Positions 63,690-64,000 of a stretch of DNA of 64,000 nucleotides are shown in pieces. The stretch lies in contig NC_042997.1 in assembly GCF_006345805.1 (NCBI RefSeq), forward strand, positions 198,400,001 to 198,464,000. Reading direction: 5' to 3'. The position numbers and the translations under genes were made by a program. The notes under the pieces are model-generated. The model saw only the letters and a list, made by a program, of their open reading frames with translations. It had not been told where the DNA came from and made no database searches. This DNA comes from Octopus sinensis. Its lineage: Eukaryota. Each line of letters starts with the position of its first letter. Within the stretch, counting starts at the first letter, position 1.

Positions 63690-64000
63690 AGCCTTTGTTT
63701 GAAATAAGTTGGAATGTGTATTTTGTTTAAAGGAGGCCTTTTAACTGATCTCATTAGTTTACCGGTCTTTTGCAGAAGACATCGGATAGGTCTGGACACA
63801 ATTGTTTCGTCAATGCACTTGAGAATTTCTCCACTTGTAAGACCTGGCTTCTTTACAGCTTCATGTTTAATTTGTAACAGTGAGTGTTGAGGAACTGCCC
63901 TCGACTGATCCTTTGTCGGCTCTCTTACGAATCTTCGTAGAAACTATAACATTTCTTTCACAGTTTGGGGATATCTTCCAATTCTTTTAGATATTTCTAA
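63690..64000 (-). mobile_element. Tc1-like transposase N-terminal (HTH) fragment
   Basis: LEISKRIGRYPQTVKEM..DKG.SRAV..IKHEAVKKPGLTSGEIL..VSRPIRCLLQKTGKLMRSVKRPPLNKIH; runs off the window end. Confidence 0.75.

Overview
This is a 64-kb, AT-rich, extremely microsatellite-rich eukaryotic window. Its SINE complement and simple-repeat load are typical of an octopus (coleoid cephalopod) genome; the species assignment is inference. I found no intact protein-coding gene, and almost all supplied ORFs are microsatellite or SINE read-throughs. The main non-repeat signal comes from hand translation of the minus strand between the repeats: an array of about 9 co-oriented, intronless, heavily decayed Toll-like-receptor (LRR-LRRCT-TM-TIR) remnants, one possibly with twin TIR domains. 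The mobile DNA includes: several Penelope-like terminal-repeat families carrying minimal hammerhead-ribozyme motifs, mostly as inverted pairs or fold-backs and including a U3-A8 core variant; four tRNA-derived SINE heads with swappable tails; a SINE that inserts as TSD-bracketed concatemers; a hAT MITE pair; Helitron-type elements; mariner and Tc1 fragments; and RTE, R4/Dong and CR1 LINE fragments. A 100-N scaffold gap lies at 36432-36531. All peptide assignments were made by eye across frameshifts and need HMM/TBLASTN confirmation. Pseudogene and degenerate-repeat boundaries are approximate.
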